A stretch of 64,000 nt of DNA from Ignavibacteriota bacterium (lineage in GTDB: Bacteria > Bacteroidota > Ignavibacteria > UBA10030 > UBA6906), in assembly GCA_963849385.1 (NCBI GenBank), contig CAWKHH010000006.1, positions 381,394 to 445,393 of the forward strand, written 5' to 3'. Made by a program: the position numbers and the translations under genes. Under the pieces are notes generated by a model. The model worked only from the letters and a program-made list of their open reading frames with translations, ran no database searches and had not been told where the DNA came from. Below, one piece after another: positions 39,970 through 49,220 of the stretch. How positions within the stretch are numbered: position 1 is the stretch's first letter; each line of letters opens with the position of its first letter.

Positions 39970-40848
39970 TCAGAAGGCCCACCGGTATCCGAATGCGATT
40001 GCTACGCCAACATGCACAAACAGAATGACAAACATGATGATGCTGAACGGAACATGAATGACATGCCAGTAATGAAAGAACCGGCGAATCTGCTCGAGGA
40101 GGAGGATACGGCGGTGGAGAACGTGCCGCGCATGAAATGCCGAGGCGAGGCCGTGCTCGGCGTCATGACGCAAGCCGAGGGCACGCACACTCGAGCTGAT
40201 CGCCCTCGAGCGGAACAGGTCATCGACGATGAGGAACCAGAGAACCTTGACGAGACCCGCTCCCCGCATGCCCGCGCGCGCATCCGAGAGGTTGTCGATG
40301 CGCTCAATCGTTTCCGCGCTCAAGGCGAAATCGAACATCAGTCGCGCAGTCATGCGACCGAGCTCTTTTTCAAGCTCGGCAACCGTCAACTCGTGGCCCT
40401 GGATCCCCCGCGGAATCTGTACGTACAAATAGCGTCCAACGATTCCGCTCAAGACAATGGCCGTCATGCTCCAGAAGCTCACTGCAACCAAACCGCCGAA
40501 TTTGAATGTCGTATGGTACAGAACGAGTATGGGTCCGGTAAGGCAGAGGAAGATATGAAACTCGAGAAATGCCGGAAGCTTGCCGAGGCCCGAAAGGATG
40601 CGAAGTCGCTTACGGGAAGAATACATCGTCACTCCCGTAATGATCATGAGCGACCCCACAATACCATATCCGTGGCTGGTTAAGCCGGAGGGTTTCAGTT
40701 CGTCATATTGCAGGTGAAAAGGTCGTTCGGAAAGGGGGGTTGTGTAGTAATCGGCGCCATGAAGTCCGAGCACAATGGTCATCGAAGCTGCAACACACGT
40801 CAATATGATGATATAGAGTTTGTGGCCCTGCCATTTCACGTTGCTCAC
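39970..40848 (-). CDS. polytopic membrane protein with two His-x13-His helices (candidate di-haem b-type cytochrome)
   Basis: 292 aa with about 5-6 TM. One helix reads EFHIFLCLTGPILVLYHT and another HVIHVPFSIIMFVILFVHVG, each with His at i and i+14. It lies immediately upstream of the multihaem genes. Confidence 0.5.
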   Translation of the reverse strand: MSNVKWQGHKLYIIILTCVAASMTIVLGLHGADYYTTPLSERPFHLQYDELKPSGLTSHGYGIVGSLMIITGVTMYSSRKRLRILSGLGKLPAFLEFHIFLCLTGPILVLYHTTFKFGGLVAVSFWSMTAIVLSGIVGRYLYVQIPRGIQGHELTVAELEKELGRMTARLMFDFALSAETIERIDNLSDARAGMRGAGLVKVLWFLIVDDLFRSRAISSSVRALGLRHDAEHGLASAFHARHVLHRRILLLEQIRRFFHYWHVIHVPFSIIMFVILFVHVGVAIAFGYRWAF

Positions 40849-40862
40849 TCCTGTGTGGCCTG

Positions 40863-41333
40863 TTACCCTTCCCGCCTATAATGAATAGGCAAAAGGTCCA
40901 GAAGGTAGTTGATGGTCACTGTATCGCCGGGATGAAGCAGAGGACGCGGGTCGCTGAGGATTTCCCTGGACCCGTCAACCGCATTGCGGGCCGATACGAT
41001 GACCTGTCGCGTGAGCGGGTAGTCGCCGTGCGACACCTGCCGGAGAATCTCCGCCGCAACATACATCTTGTACACCGAAGCCGGATAGATGAAATTCTCC
41101 GGATGAACGCCTCCGATCCGCGGTTTCTGACGGGCAAGATCTATCACCGCCAGAGATATCTGTTCACTCCCATCCTCCCCCACATCGAATGTACGGTCGA
41201 GGTCTACCGAACGAACGATGCTCAGGAGACTGTCGGAAAGGTCCGTGTCAACCTCATAGTAGTCCGGGATCTGTACTGACTGGGCCATGCCGGGCATGGG
41301 GCAGACGAGCAGAAGCATGAGCAGATATTTCAT
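40863..41333 (-). CDS. N-terminal fragment of a class-A beta-lactamase-like serine hydrolase (truncated)
   Basis: Signal peptide and S-x-x-K motif PASVYKMYVAAEIL. At 156 aa it ends before the SDN/KTG regions would be expected, and the next gene starts 14 nt later. Confidence 0.45.
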   Translation of the reverse strand: MKYLLMLLLVCPMPGMAQSVQIPDYYEVDTDLSDSLLSIVRSVDLDRTFDVGEDGSEQISLAVIDLARQKPRIGGVHPENFIYPASVYKMYVAAEILRQVSHGDYPLTRQVIVSARNAVDGSREILSDPRPLLHPGDTVTINYLLDLLPIHYRREG

Positions 41334-42154
41334 TGTCTGTTCTCTGCGGCGGCCGAAGCGGAATGGATAAGGAGTGATCTCATGGAAAGCGAACCCATGG
41401 CGACCTCTTCCGTAAAGAAGCTCACGTCATCGTCACTCCCCTGCAATGCAAGGCAATACACCAGCGGGAGGAAGTGTTCGGAAGTGGGGATAGCCAGCCG
41501 TATTTCCTCCCGTCGGTTCATGAGATCAAGAATGCCTTCATGATCCCGTTGCAGAATCATCCCGGCAATGCGTTTGTCGAACTCGACCGCCCAATCGTAC
41601 GCACCCCCATCCCAGTTCAGCAAACGGAGGTTATGAACGATATTGCCGCTGCCGAGGATCAGGATCCCTTCACTGCGCAGCGCGGCGAGTTCCTTTGCCA
41701 GGGCATAGTGTCCGGCCGGAGTCTTCGCGCGATCCAGGCTCAGTTGTACGACCGGAATGTCCGCCGCAGGAAACATCCTGCACAGCACAGACCAGGTGCC
41801 ATGGTCCAATCCCCAGCCATCATCAAGTTTCACGGGGGTTGAACGGCACAGGGTGCGAATGCGCTCTGCAAGTGCGGGTGACCCGGAGGCCTTGTACTCC
41901 ACGGCGAACAGCTCGGGGGGAAATCCGGAGAAATCGTGAATTGTCTCGGGCGACTGCATCGCAGTCACGTATGTACCGCCGGTCTCCCAATGCGCCGACA
42001 CACAGACGATTGCCTCAGGTCTTGGCAATTTTCTGCCCATTTCTTCCCAGGCCCGACTGAACGCGTTGGTCTCAATGGCATTCATCGGATTCCCATGCCC
42101 CACAAACACCACCGGCATGCGCCTGCGACTATCTGGAATCATTGGCGGGGTCAT
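41330..42154 (-). CDS. LigB-family class III extradiol dioxygenase (4,5-DOPA dioxygenase/YgiD-like)
   Basis: MPVVFVGHGNPMNA...AIVCVSAHWET...ILILGSGNIVHNL are typical YgiD/DODA blocks. The start may be the internal ATG at 42118. Confidence 0.75.
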   Translation of the reverse strand: MTPPMIPDSRRRMPVVFVGHGNPMNAIETNAFSRAWEEMGRKLPRPEAIVCVSAHWETGGTYVTAMQSPETIHDFSGFPPELFAVEYKASGSPALAERIRTLCRSTPVKLDDGWGLDHGTWSVLCRMFPAADIPVVQLSLDRAKTPAGHYALAKELAALRSEGILILGSGNIVHNLRLLNWDGGAYDWAVEFDKRIAGMILQRDHEGILDLMNRREEIRLAIPTSEHFLPLVYCLALQGSDDDVSFFTEEVAMGSLSMRSLLIHSASAAAENRQ

Positions 42155-42842
42155 TGGTCTCCTTTACAAATCTGTACCCGATCCCCGACTCGGTCTGTAT
42201 GAAGTGAGGATTCGCAGGATCATCCTCAATTTTCTTGCGGAGGTTTCCAACGTGCACGCGAGTGTATTGTGTTTCCTCGCTGTATGCCGGACCCCAGACC
42301 GACTCCAGAATGAATTTGTGTGTAAGCACCTTGCCTGCATGGCGGATGAAGAGGAGCAGCAGATCATATTCCGTTGCGGTGAGTTTCACCTGCACGCCCG
42401 ATTTGGTCACGAGACGGGCGGACGTATCAATCACCAGAGAGCCGATGGTCACCTGCGGTGTTTCTTCCGGCAGCTGCACCTTACGGAGGCATACACGCAC
42501 ACGGGCAAGAAGCTCTCCGGTACGAAACGGCTTCGTGAGATAATCATCTGCCCCGTTGTCCAGCGCGTCAATGATTTCGGTTTCACCGCTGCGCACAGAC
42601 AGAATGATCACCGGCACCCGTGAGACGCGCCGGATTTGCTTCAGGACTTCCATACCGTCCATATCCGGCAACCCCAGGTCGAGGATTACGAGCGACGGCA
42701 CGCCCGTACGAAAGCGAAGGACTCCCTCTTCGCCTGTTGCAGCCGACATGACCCGGTGGCCATCCTTCCCGAGCGTTAACTGCAGGAGGCGGAGAATTTG
42801 GGGTTCATCATCGATGGTAAGAATGTACGGATCACCGGACAT
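42129..42842 (-). CDS. kdpE: OmpR-family response regulator KdpE
   Basis: Receiver motifs ILTIDDEPQI and LVILDLGLPDMDG, with a winged helix ending GIGYRF. It overlaps the kdpD stop. Confidence 0.8.
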   Translation of the reverse strand: MSGDPYILTIDDEPQILRLLQLTLGKDGHRVMSAATGEEGVLRFRTGVPSLVILDLGLPDMDGMEVLKQIRRVSRVPVIILSVRSGETEIIDALDNGADDYLTKPFRTGELLARVRVCLRKVQLPEETPQVTIGSLVIDTSARLVTKSGVQVKLTATEYDLLLLFIRHAGKVLTHKFILESVWGPAYSEETQYTRVHVGNLRKKIEDDPANPHFIQTESGIGYRFVKETNDPANDSR

Positions 42843-45516
42843 GTTTGTGCTCGGCTACTGAGGTTGAAGGATCGAGTGGAAGATGCATGGTGAATTCCGC
42901 ACCGCCTCCGGGGGCATTGACTGCGGTCACGGTACCGTTGTGTGCGCTAACGAACCCGCGCACAATAGAGAGTCCAAGACCGGTTCCACCTGCGGGTGTA
43001 CCGGGAACGCGATAGAATTTCTCGAATACCCGGTCTTCGTTGCCGGCCGGGAGCCCGCGACCCTGGTCTCTCACGGAGATGACACATTGCTGCTCGGAGG
43101 TAAAGGCACGCATGGTGATCGTGGTGCCCGCGCCGCTGTACAGAACCGCATTCTGGAGAATATTGGCCACCGCCTGCTCAATCAATCCATAGTCCAATCG
43201 CACAAGCGGCATATCATTTTGTACTTCGAGGGTGACGGTATGTCCATGGGCTGTGGCATCCACTCTCCGGGCGGCGTCCCGGAGAACGTCTCTGACATCA
43301 CACCAATCAAAGCGGGGCCGGATCAACCCCGATTCCAGGCGTGTCATATCCAGCAGGTTCTCTACGAGCCGGGTCAGCCGATGAGCTGCTCCCAGGACGT
43401 CGCGTGCCAATTGGGTGCGTACTTCCGGTTGTGCGCACAGTGCTTCGTCAATCAAACCCTCCGCAGAGCCCACAATCGCCGCGAGCGGGGTTTTCATCTC
43501 GTGTGAGATAGAGTCAAAGAGCGCTTTGTAGAGACGCTCGGATTCTGCAAGAACCATGGCCTTTGCAGAAAGCTCACTGAGATTCTCACGTTCAAGGGCA
43601 GACGCAATCTGGTCCATAAAATTCTGGAGCAGTGTCTCCTGTTCAATGGTCGCAGCTCTTTTCGACGATACGCGGACGCCGATAACACCGAGCGAGTATC
43701 GTGGACCGGAAAGCGGGTAGTATGTGGCTTGAGCTGACGGGAGCGTGTCGGTAAATCTCCCTGCACGTTGCTCATTCCAATAGGTCCAGGCGGCCACGCT
43801 GAATTCCTTGGCATCCATCGGAAACTTCGATACGGCGTGAGGGGTATTGGTAAGGTCACCGTCAGGAGTACTCAGCAGCACTACAGCGTCCGCGTCGAAG
43901 TGGCGTTTGAGGTTAGCCACGGCAGCACCCACAACCCCGTCGACGTTCCGCGCCTGGGAGAGATCCTTGGTGAGACTGAACAGGGCACTCGCGCGTTCTT
44001 CCCGGTACCGGAGGGCCTCTTCACTTGCCCGGCTGCGCGCCGACAACACCCCTGTGACAATCGCAATCATGAAATAGGTGACCAGCATCAGCATGTCGAC
44101 CGGCTGATCGACATGGATCGTGAACAACGGCGGAATGAAGAAGAAGTCCCAGATTGCAGCGCTCAGTGTCGCGGCGAGCAACACCGGACCCGCATGCAAC
44201 CGCAGCGAAAGAAGAGTTATTGTCAGCAGAAGGATCAACGAGACCGTTTGATATCCCAGCACTCCGGTGACCGGATAGCAGACAGCAGCCACAAGACACA
44301 CGATGGCACTGGCGGAGGCGTATTGTTTCCACGTTGAAGAACGCCGGAGAAGCCAGTGTGACGGCGCAGACCGGACTTCATCCTCTGCCGCCACAACATA
44401 GAGATCAAGGCCGCTGCTCTCTTCCAGCAGGCGATCGAACAGACTCTTCCGCCAGAACGGTGTCCGCACTGAACTGCGCCCGATCAGGATATGCGTCGCG
44501 TTTTCCTGCCGTGCAACCCGCAGAAGCCCGCGATCGATCCGTGTATCTGCGGTGGTGACGACTTCGGCACCCAATTCCCGGGCCAGTCTGATATTGACGT
44601 CGAGTTGCGCCCGGGCCTTATCAGTCAGCTGCGAAGGAAGTTCGACATACACGGCGACCCAGGTTGCATTGAGCGTGTATGCAGTCCGCCTGGCCCAACG
44701 CACCACCCGGGCACTGTGCGGGCTCGGTCCGATTGCCACCACGAGTCGTTGTCCGGATTTCCACGGGCCGGCAATCTGATTCCCCCGCATGTACTCGCGG
44801 AGTTGGTGGTCGACACGCTCGGCGGTCAGCCGCAACGCCATCTCACGGAGGGCGGTCAGGTTCCCTTTGCGGAAGAAATGCTCCCGTGCCTGAACGGAAC
44901 GCTCGGCGGTGTAGACCTTTCCTTCCGCGAGACGTTGCAGAAGCTCATCGGGTGGAATGTCAATCACTTCCACCTCATCGGCGCTGGCAAAGATTGAATC
45001 CGGTACCGTTTCGCGCACCGGGATGCCGGTGATCTGTGCAACGGTGTCGGCGCGACTCTCCAGGTGCTGGACGTTCACGGTCGTGAAGACGTGGATCCCC
45101 TGCTCGAGGATCTCCATCACGTCCTGATATCTCTTCAGGTGACGGCTTCCCGGAGCATTGGTGTGTGCCAGTTCGTCGATCAGCACGAGGGCCGGTTTTC
45201 GCCGGAGTATGGCGTCGATGTCCATCTCCTCAAGCAGTGTACCCCGGTATTCCGTATGTTGCCGGGGAATCACTTCAAGACCAATCACCAGGGCACGCGT
45301 TTCCTCGCGACCATGCGTCTCGACGTATCCAACGACAACATCGACGCCTTTGTGCTGTTCTTCGTGCGCGGCCTTGAGCATTTCATAGGTCTTGCCGACG
45401 CCAGCACACATGCCGAAAAACACCTTCAACCGACCGGTCGATTGCGAGCGCTCTTCACGGCGCATCGCTTTCAACAGTTCGTCCGGATCGGGGCGGATTT
45501 CATCGCTGGAAGTCAT
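42832..45516 (-). CDS. kdpD: osmosensitive K+ channel sensor histidine kinase KdpD
   Basis: N-terminal KdpD domain with GMCAGVGKTYEML, a Usp-like region and a 4-TM block. H-box SHEMKTPLAAI and HATPase_c GTGLGLSIVRGFVSAHNG. The start is taken at the internal ATG (MTSSDEIRPD). Confidence 0.9.
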   Translation of the reverse strand: MTSSDEIRPDPDELLKAMRREERSQSTGRLKVFFGMCAGVGKTYEMLKAAHEEQHKGVDVVVGYVETHGREETRALVIGLEVIPRQHTEYRGTLLEEMDIDAILRRKPALVLIDELAHTNAPGSRHLKRYQDVMEILEQGIHVFTTVNVQHLESRADTVAQITGIPVRETVPDSIFASADEVEVIDIPPDELLQRLAEGKVYTAERSVQAREHFFRKGNLTALREMALRLTAERVDHQLREYMRGNQIAGPWKSGQRLVVAIGPSPHSARVVRWARRTAYTLNATWVAVYVELPSQLTDKARAQLDVNIRLARELGAEVVTTADTRIDRGLLRVARQENATHILIGRSSVRTPFWRKSLFDRLLEESSGLDLYVVAAEDEVRSAPSHWLLRRSSTWKQYASASAIVCLVAAVCYPVTGVLGYQTVSLILLLTITLLSLRLHAGPVLLAATLSAAIWDFFFIPPLFTIHVDQPVDMLMLVTYFMIAIVTGVLSARSRASEEALRYREERASALFSLTKDLSQARNVDGVVGAAVANLKRHFDADAVVLLSTPDGDLTNTPHAVSKFPMDAKEFSVAAWTYWNEQRAGRFTDTLPSAQATYYPLSGPRYSLGVIGVRVSSKRAATIEQETLLQNFMDQIASALERENLSELSAKAMVLAESERLYKALFDSISHEMKTPLAAIVGSAEGLIDEALCAQPEVRTQLARDVLGAAHRLTRLVENLLDMTRLESGLIRPRFDWCDVRDVLRDAARRVDATAHGHTVTLEVQNDMPLVRLDYGLIEQAVANILQNAVLYSGAGTTITMRAFTSEQQCVISVRDQGRGLPAGNEDRVFEKFYRVPGTPAGGTGLGLSIVRGFVSAHNGTVTAVNAPGGGAEFTMHLPLDPSTSVAEHKHVR

Positions 45517-45679
45517 GTCAGAAAGATCCTGCTTTTTCTTCCCCTTTGCAAGCCGCCATGTCGATAAACGGAGCAATCATGTGGGTCCTATGACTGCAGA
45601 GGAAAAGTTACAGATGTCAGGATGCAGGCGCTATATAGGGCAAGTAAAGAGTGGGGAGAGACGTGTAAAGAAGCTGCTG

Positions 45680-46318
45680 TTACGGTAATCCCAGTATCTT
45701 GTGCAGCTGAAGACTCAGCCTCCAGCGAGGATGGCTGAGGCAATACTCTTTGGCAAGGCGGGTGTTTTCATCACGCGCGGGCCCGTCCATCGGCTGCAGC
45801 AGGAAGTGCTCAAAATCGAGTGCGTCGAAACGATCAGGATCTGCGCCTGCCTGAGGATAGATGAGTTTGAGTTCGTCGCCTGACGTCAACACCAACAGCG
45901 CGTCCGCTTTCGGGCTCACACAAATCCAATCGATGCCTTCGGGCGCCTGGAGCGTGCCATTCGTTTCGATTGCCACTTCCAGTCCGGCGGCATGGAAGGC
46001 GTCAATGAGAGGTCCGTCGAGTTGAAGAAGGGGCTCCCCCCCGGTGCAAACAACAAACGGGGAGACACCTCCGGTAGCCGGAGGCCACCGTGCAGCCACG
46101 GCGCGGACCACTTCAACGGCCGAGTCATATGTTCCACCCCCGGGGCCGTTCGTGCCCACGAAGTCCGTGTCACAAAAACGGCAGACGGCAGTGGACCGGT
46201 CCTCTTCTCTCCCGCTCCAGAGATTGCACCCCGCAAAGCGGCAAAACACCGCGGGTCTCCCCGCGTGCACCCCTTCTCCCTGAAGGGTGTAGAAGATTTC
46301 TTTGATCTGATAGGGCAT
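45680..46318 (-). CDS. queE: 7-carboxy-7-deazaguanine synthase (radical SAM)
   Basis: MPYQIKEIFYTLQGEGVHAGRPAVFCRFAGCNLWSG....CRFCDT is the QueE N-terminus with the extended Cys motif. Confidence 0.85.
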   Translation of the reverse strand: MPYQIKEIFYTLQGEGVHAGRPAVFCRFAGCNLWSGREEDRSTAVCRFCDTDFVGTNGPGGGTYDSAVEVVRAVAARWPPATGGVSPFVVCTGGEPLLQLDGPLIDAFHAAGLEVAIETNGTLQAPEGIDWICVSPKADALLVLTSGDELKLIYPQAGADPDRFDALDFEHFLLQPMDGPARDENTRLAKEYCLSHPRWRLSLQLHKILGLP

Positions 46319-46372
46319 TGGCGCACCAGGCTCAAGTGGGCCAATTAAATGAGAAGGCACGGAAAAAGCAAG

Positions 46373-48193
46373 TTACGGCGTCACCGTCAGTCCCAGCCAG
46401 ATCTGCAGCTGGTCAAGCTCCTGACCATCAATCCCCTCACGAAAATTCGGCACCATGAGCAGCCGGAGATTGAGCTTCTCAGACGGCGACAAGCCAATCC
46501 CGGCGAGCAGTGTCGTCCGCACATCGCTGTCGTTTTCATTCGGCGCCGTGTACCGTTCTCCGAAATTGTTCTTCGTGGTCGTGACACCATTCTGCGTTGA
46601 CGACCGGTACCGGAAGAGCGCCAGCGTCACGTCGTCGATGTTCCAGGAGCTCATTTCCCGGTTGACACCGATCATGAACTGCACGAATTTCGATGTCTGT
46701 ATTGTGAGAAACACAGGTATCTTCAAACTCGTGCGTTTCGATGTGAATGTCCAGAGAAGATCTTTCGATTCATCCTGGGAACTCTGCGATGCGTTGTTGT
46801 TATAGGTGGAGGTATAGGTATAGCTGTTGGCAAGAAGGACCGATTCGCTGGTTTTGATCTCCATCCTGTACCATTCCAGCTGGGCGCCGGCGGAGAGCTC
46901 AACACGGTCATTGATCTGCCACCGTACCGATGCCATCACACGGTCAGTGGTGATATTTTGAACGCCACTCCCCGACCGCATGTCCATCAGGAGAGATCGT
47001 GAGAGGTTGGTATACGTTTGATTGGTGTCTCCATAGGAATATATGCTGAAGCTGGTGTCGAGAATACCCGACGCAAGCCCGATGTCGACGTTTGAGTATT
47101 GATGCCGGTAATAGCAGTTCAGCGTGGCCGTCGGCGATGTGTGCGCGAGAATGTCCGCTCCGTAGTACGATGTGGTCCCATGGTGATTCCATTGATACAA
47201 TCCGTTGTCGGAGCGGTTGTAATAATCGGTTGACGGTGAATTAGCGTTCGCATAGTATGACGAGTCAACGTTTCGCAGAGCCTGCGCGGCGTCGCCCCAG
47301 AGATTACCCGCCGTCACCCCGAAGGAGACATTCGGGGTGAAGTGATACGTGAAGCCGCCGCCCAGGTCCCACGCCCCGTAACTCTGCGAGCGCATTTCCA
47401 TGTTTGCCCAGAGCGACGACGATGTGATTGCATTGTCCCAGTAGTTCGATGACCCGTAGCTGCCGCCGCGCGTAAACGATGCGCGGCTCAGTTTCACGGC
47501 AAGGTCCAATCCGCCCGGAGGCGAATAGCGGACGAACGTTGATACAAAATGCCCGACCTGATGCATATCGTCTTTTCCGCTGTACTTATCCACGATCGGC
47601 ATGGCCTCCGATGCGGCAACAGTCCGGCCGTTGAAGTCATAGCCCGCAGCGGTTTTGTAGATATTCTGGGGAACGCTGTAGTATTTCGCGTCCTGGAGGA
47701 TGTATTGATAGGTCGCGCCGATGTAGAAGCTTGGTACAGCTTCCGGCAGCGGACGCACAATGACTGCTCCCGAGTATACCGGCTCCAGTTCCCGGCGGGT
47801 TTCGAGAAACAGCCGGGGATAGGGCATGTACACCGAGCTCGCAGCATAGCGCATATCATACATGTTCATGTAGGCCGGCACTATCCAGCTGTTCTGTTCC
47901 TTCACATTCTTCGCACCCCGGAAATCAGTGTACAACCAGACATCGTGTGTTGAATCCAACCCGAGGCGCGAAGGGTTCACAATGATATTCTGTAAAGGAT
48001 CATTCAGCAAGCCCGCAGTTGTACCTTTGAAGCTTCCTATGCCGTACGGCATCAGGTAATTCGGTTCGAAAAAGAAATCCGTCTGTTCAAATCCCTTTTC
48101 CAGAACACGCTCGCCCCAGTACTGCGCATACGACAAGGAAGTTGAAACAAGTACGGCGAGCAACAACACCGTGATGAAACGCATCGTCTTCAT
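46373..48193 (-). CDS. 606-aa outer-membrane beta-barrel-like protein, family not recognised (no plug domain)
   Basis: Signal peptide MKTMRFITVLLLAVLVSTSLSYAQ at the internal ATG 48193. Y/G/S/N-rich alternating strands run throughout. It is the last gene of a lipoprotein string. Confidence 0.55.
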   Translation of the reverse strand: MKTMRFITVLLLAVLVSTSLSYAQYWGERVLEKGFEQTDFFFEPNYLMPYGIGSFKGTTAGLLNDPLQNIIVNPSRLGLDSTHDVWLYTDFRGAKNVKEQNSWIVPAYMNMYDMRYAASSVYMPYPRLFLETRRELEPVYSGAVIVRPLPEAVPSFYIGATYQYILQDAKYYSVPQNIYKTAAGYDFNGRTVAASEAMPIVDKYSGKDDMHQVGHFVSTFVRYSPPGGLDLAVKLSRASFTRGGSYGSSNYWDNAITSSSLWANMEMRSQSYGAWDLGGGFTYHFTPNVSFGVTAGNLWGDAAQALRNVDSSYYANANSPSTDYYNRSDNGLYQWNHHGTTSYYGADILAHTSPTATLNCYYRHQYSNVDIGLASGILDTSFSIYSYGDTNQTYTNLSRSLLMDMRSGSGVQNITTDRVMASVRWQINDRVELSAGAQLEWYRMEIKTSESVLLANSYTYTSTYNNNASQSSQDESKDLLWTFTSKRTSLKIPVFLTIQTSKFVQFMIGVNREMSSWNIDDVTLALFRYRSSTQNGVTTTKNNFGERYTAPNENDSDVRTTLLAGIGLSPSEKLNLRLLMVPNFREGIDGQELDQLQIWLGLTVTP

Positions 48194-48204
48194 GGTTTCT
48201 CCGT

Positions 48205-48621
48205 CTAATGCTTTATTGCTTCGAACGGTCCCTGATTTGTCACTCCCACAAAACTGATCCATTGCCATGTACCGGAAAACCGGTTACCCTTGAGGGTTCC
48301 GATCAAACCCAGATTGTTGTCCCGGTACTGTGGATTGAGTTCGATCCACAACGTCGTCCCCTGAACGCCACCGACGAGTTTACCGTCGCCGGTCTGTGGA
48401 CCGATGTTCTTCGGAGTGTCGACGGCGGCAAAATGCCATTCTCCCGTTATCGTGTTGGAGTCGGAGATGTCCATCGTGAACCAACCGCGGACCAACACTG
48501 TGCCGGTCGTATCATAGCTCGTGTAATGATATGCACCGTCAGACGTCGGATCGGTGAGCCCGGTGCAGCCGGTCAGTATCGCCGTGAGGGCCAGAAGGGC
48601 GAAACAGCATAGAAGCTTCAT
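48205..48621 (-). CDS. small lipoprotein, unknown function
   Basis: MKLLCCFALLALTAILTGC lipobox with a beta-rich body. Confidence 0.6.
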   Translation of the reverse strand: MKLLCCFALLALTAILTGCTGLTDPTSDGAYHYTSYDTTGTVLVRGWFTMDISDSNTITGEWHFAAVDTPKNIGPQTGDGKLVGGVQGTTLWIELNPQYRDNNLGLIGTLKGNRFSGTWQWISFVGVTNQGPFEAIKH

Positions 48622-48714
48622 CTCATGCTCCTCCAAAAGAAATCCCTTGTTACGTGATCGTCGCTTCTACCCGACGAAATATTCGTGTGCGAGCTTGAGG
48701 ATTTCACAAAATCC

Positions 48715-49218
48715 CTAGTACGCCGCCTTGTACGTGATATCTACCTGAACTTTTGTTACAGCATTTGCCGTCACCAGGCCGGGCAGAATATGGCCGGCGG
48801 AGTCGTGGCCGTTTGCATAGTACAGAGAGTCCTCCGTGACAAACACACTGTACTTCCCGGGCGGGAGCGCGACCTGATAGAACCCCGTTGCGTTGGACCT
48901 TGTCGTGGCTATCAGACCTGTCAGAATGCGTTTGTAGAATCCGCCGCCTATTCCGACTACGGAATCATTCCCCGTTGCCTCAAAGATCCAGACATCACGT
49001 TCCACGTGTGTGATTTTGCCCGATGGATTGTCCGACGTGGAAGGCATGAAATCCCCATCCCAGAACCAGACATTTCCCCAGATCCCTTGCGTAATGGTGA
49101 TTTGATCGCTCGTGTCCTTCGGTCTACCCGGACCAATTCCCAGATCCGAACACGAAGCAAGCATGAGGATACACATCACGAAGAGCCTGCCTGAAGGAGC
49201 GAATGGGATGGGCTTCAT
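48715..49218 (-). CDS. small lipoprotein with carboxypeptidase-regulatory-like beta-sandwich
   Basis: LMLASC lipobox. TGFYQVALPPGKYSVFV is a typical CarboxypepD_reg strand pair. Confidence 0.55.
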   Translation of the reverse strand: MKPIPFAPSGRLFVMCILMLASCSDLGIGPGRPKDTSDQITITQGIWGNVWFWDGDFMPSTSDNPSGKITHVERDVWIFEATGNDSVVGIGGGFYKRILTGLIATTRSNATGFYQVALPPGKYSVFVTEDSLYYANGHDSAGHILPGLVTANAVTKVQVDITYKAAY

Positions 49219-49220
49219 AG

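Noticed and set aside
46319-46372. Possible preQ1 riboswitch upstream of queE.
   Set aside because: Only 54 nt separate queE from the upstream OMP stop, and the sequence lacks the conserved preQ1-I/II core elements.
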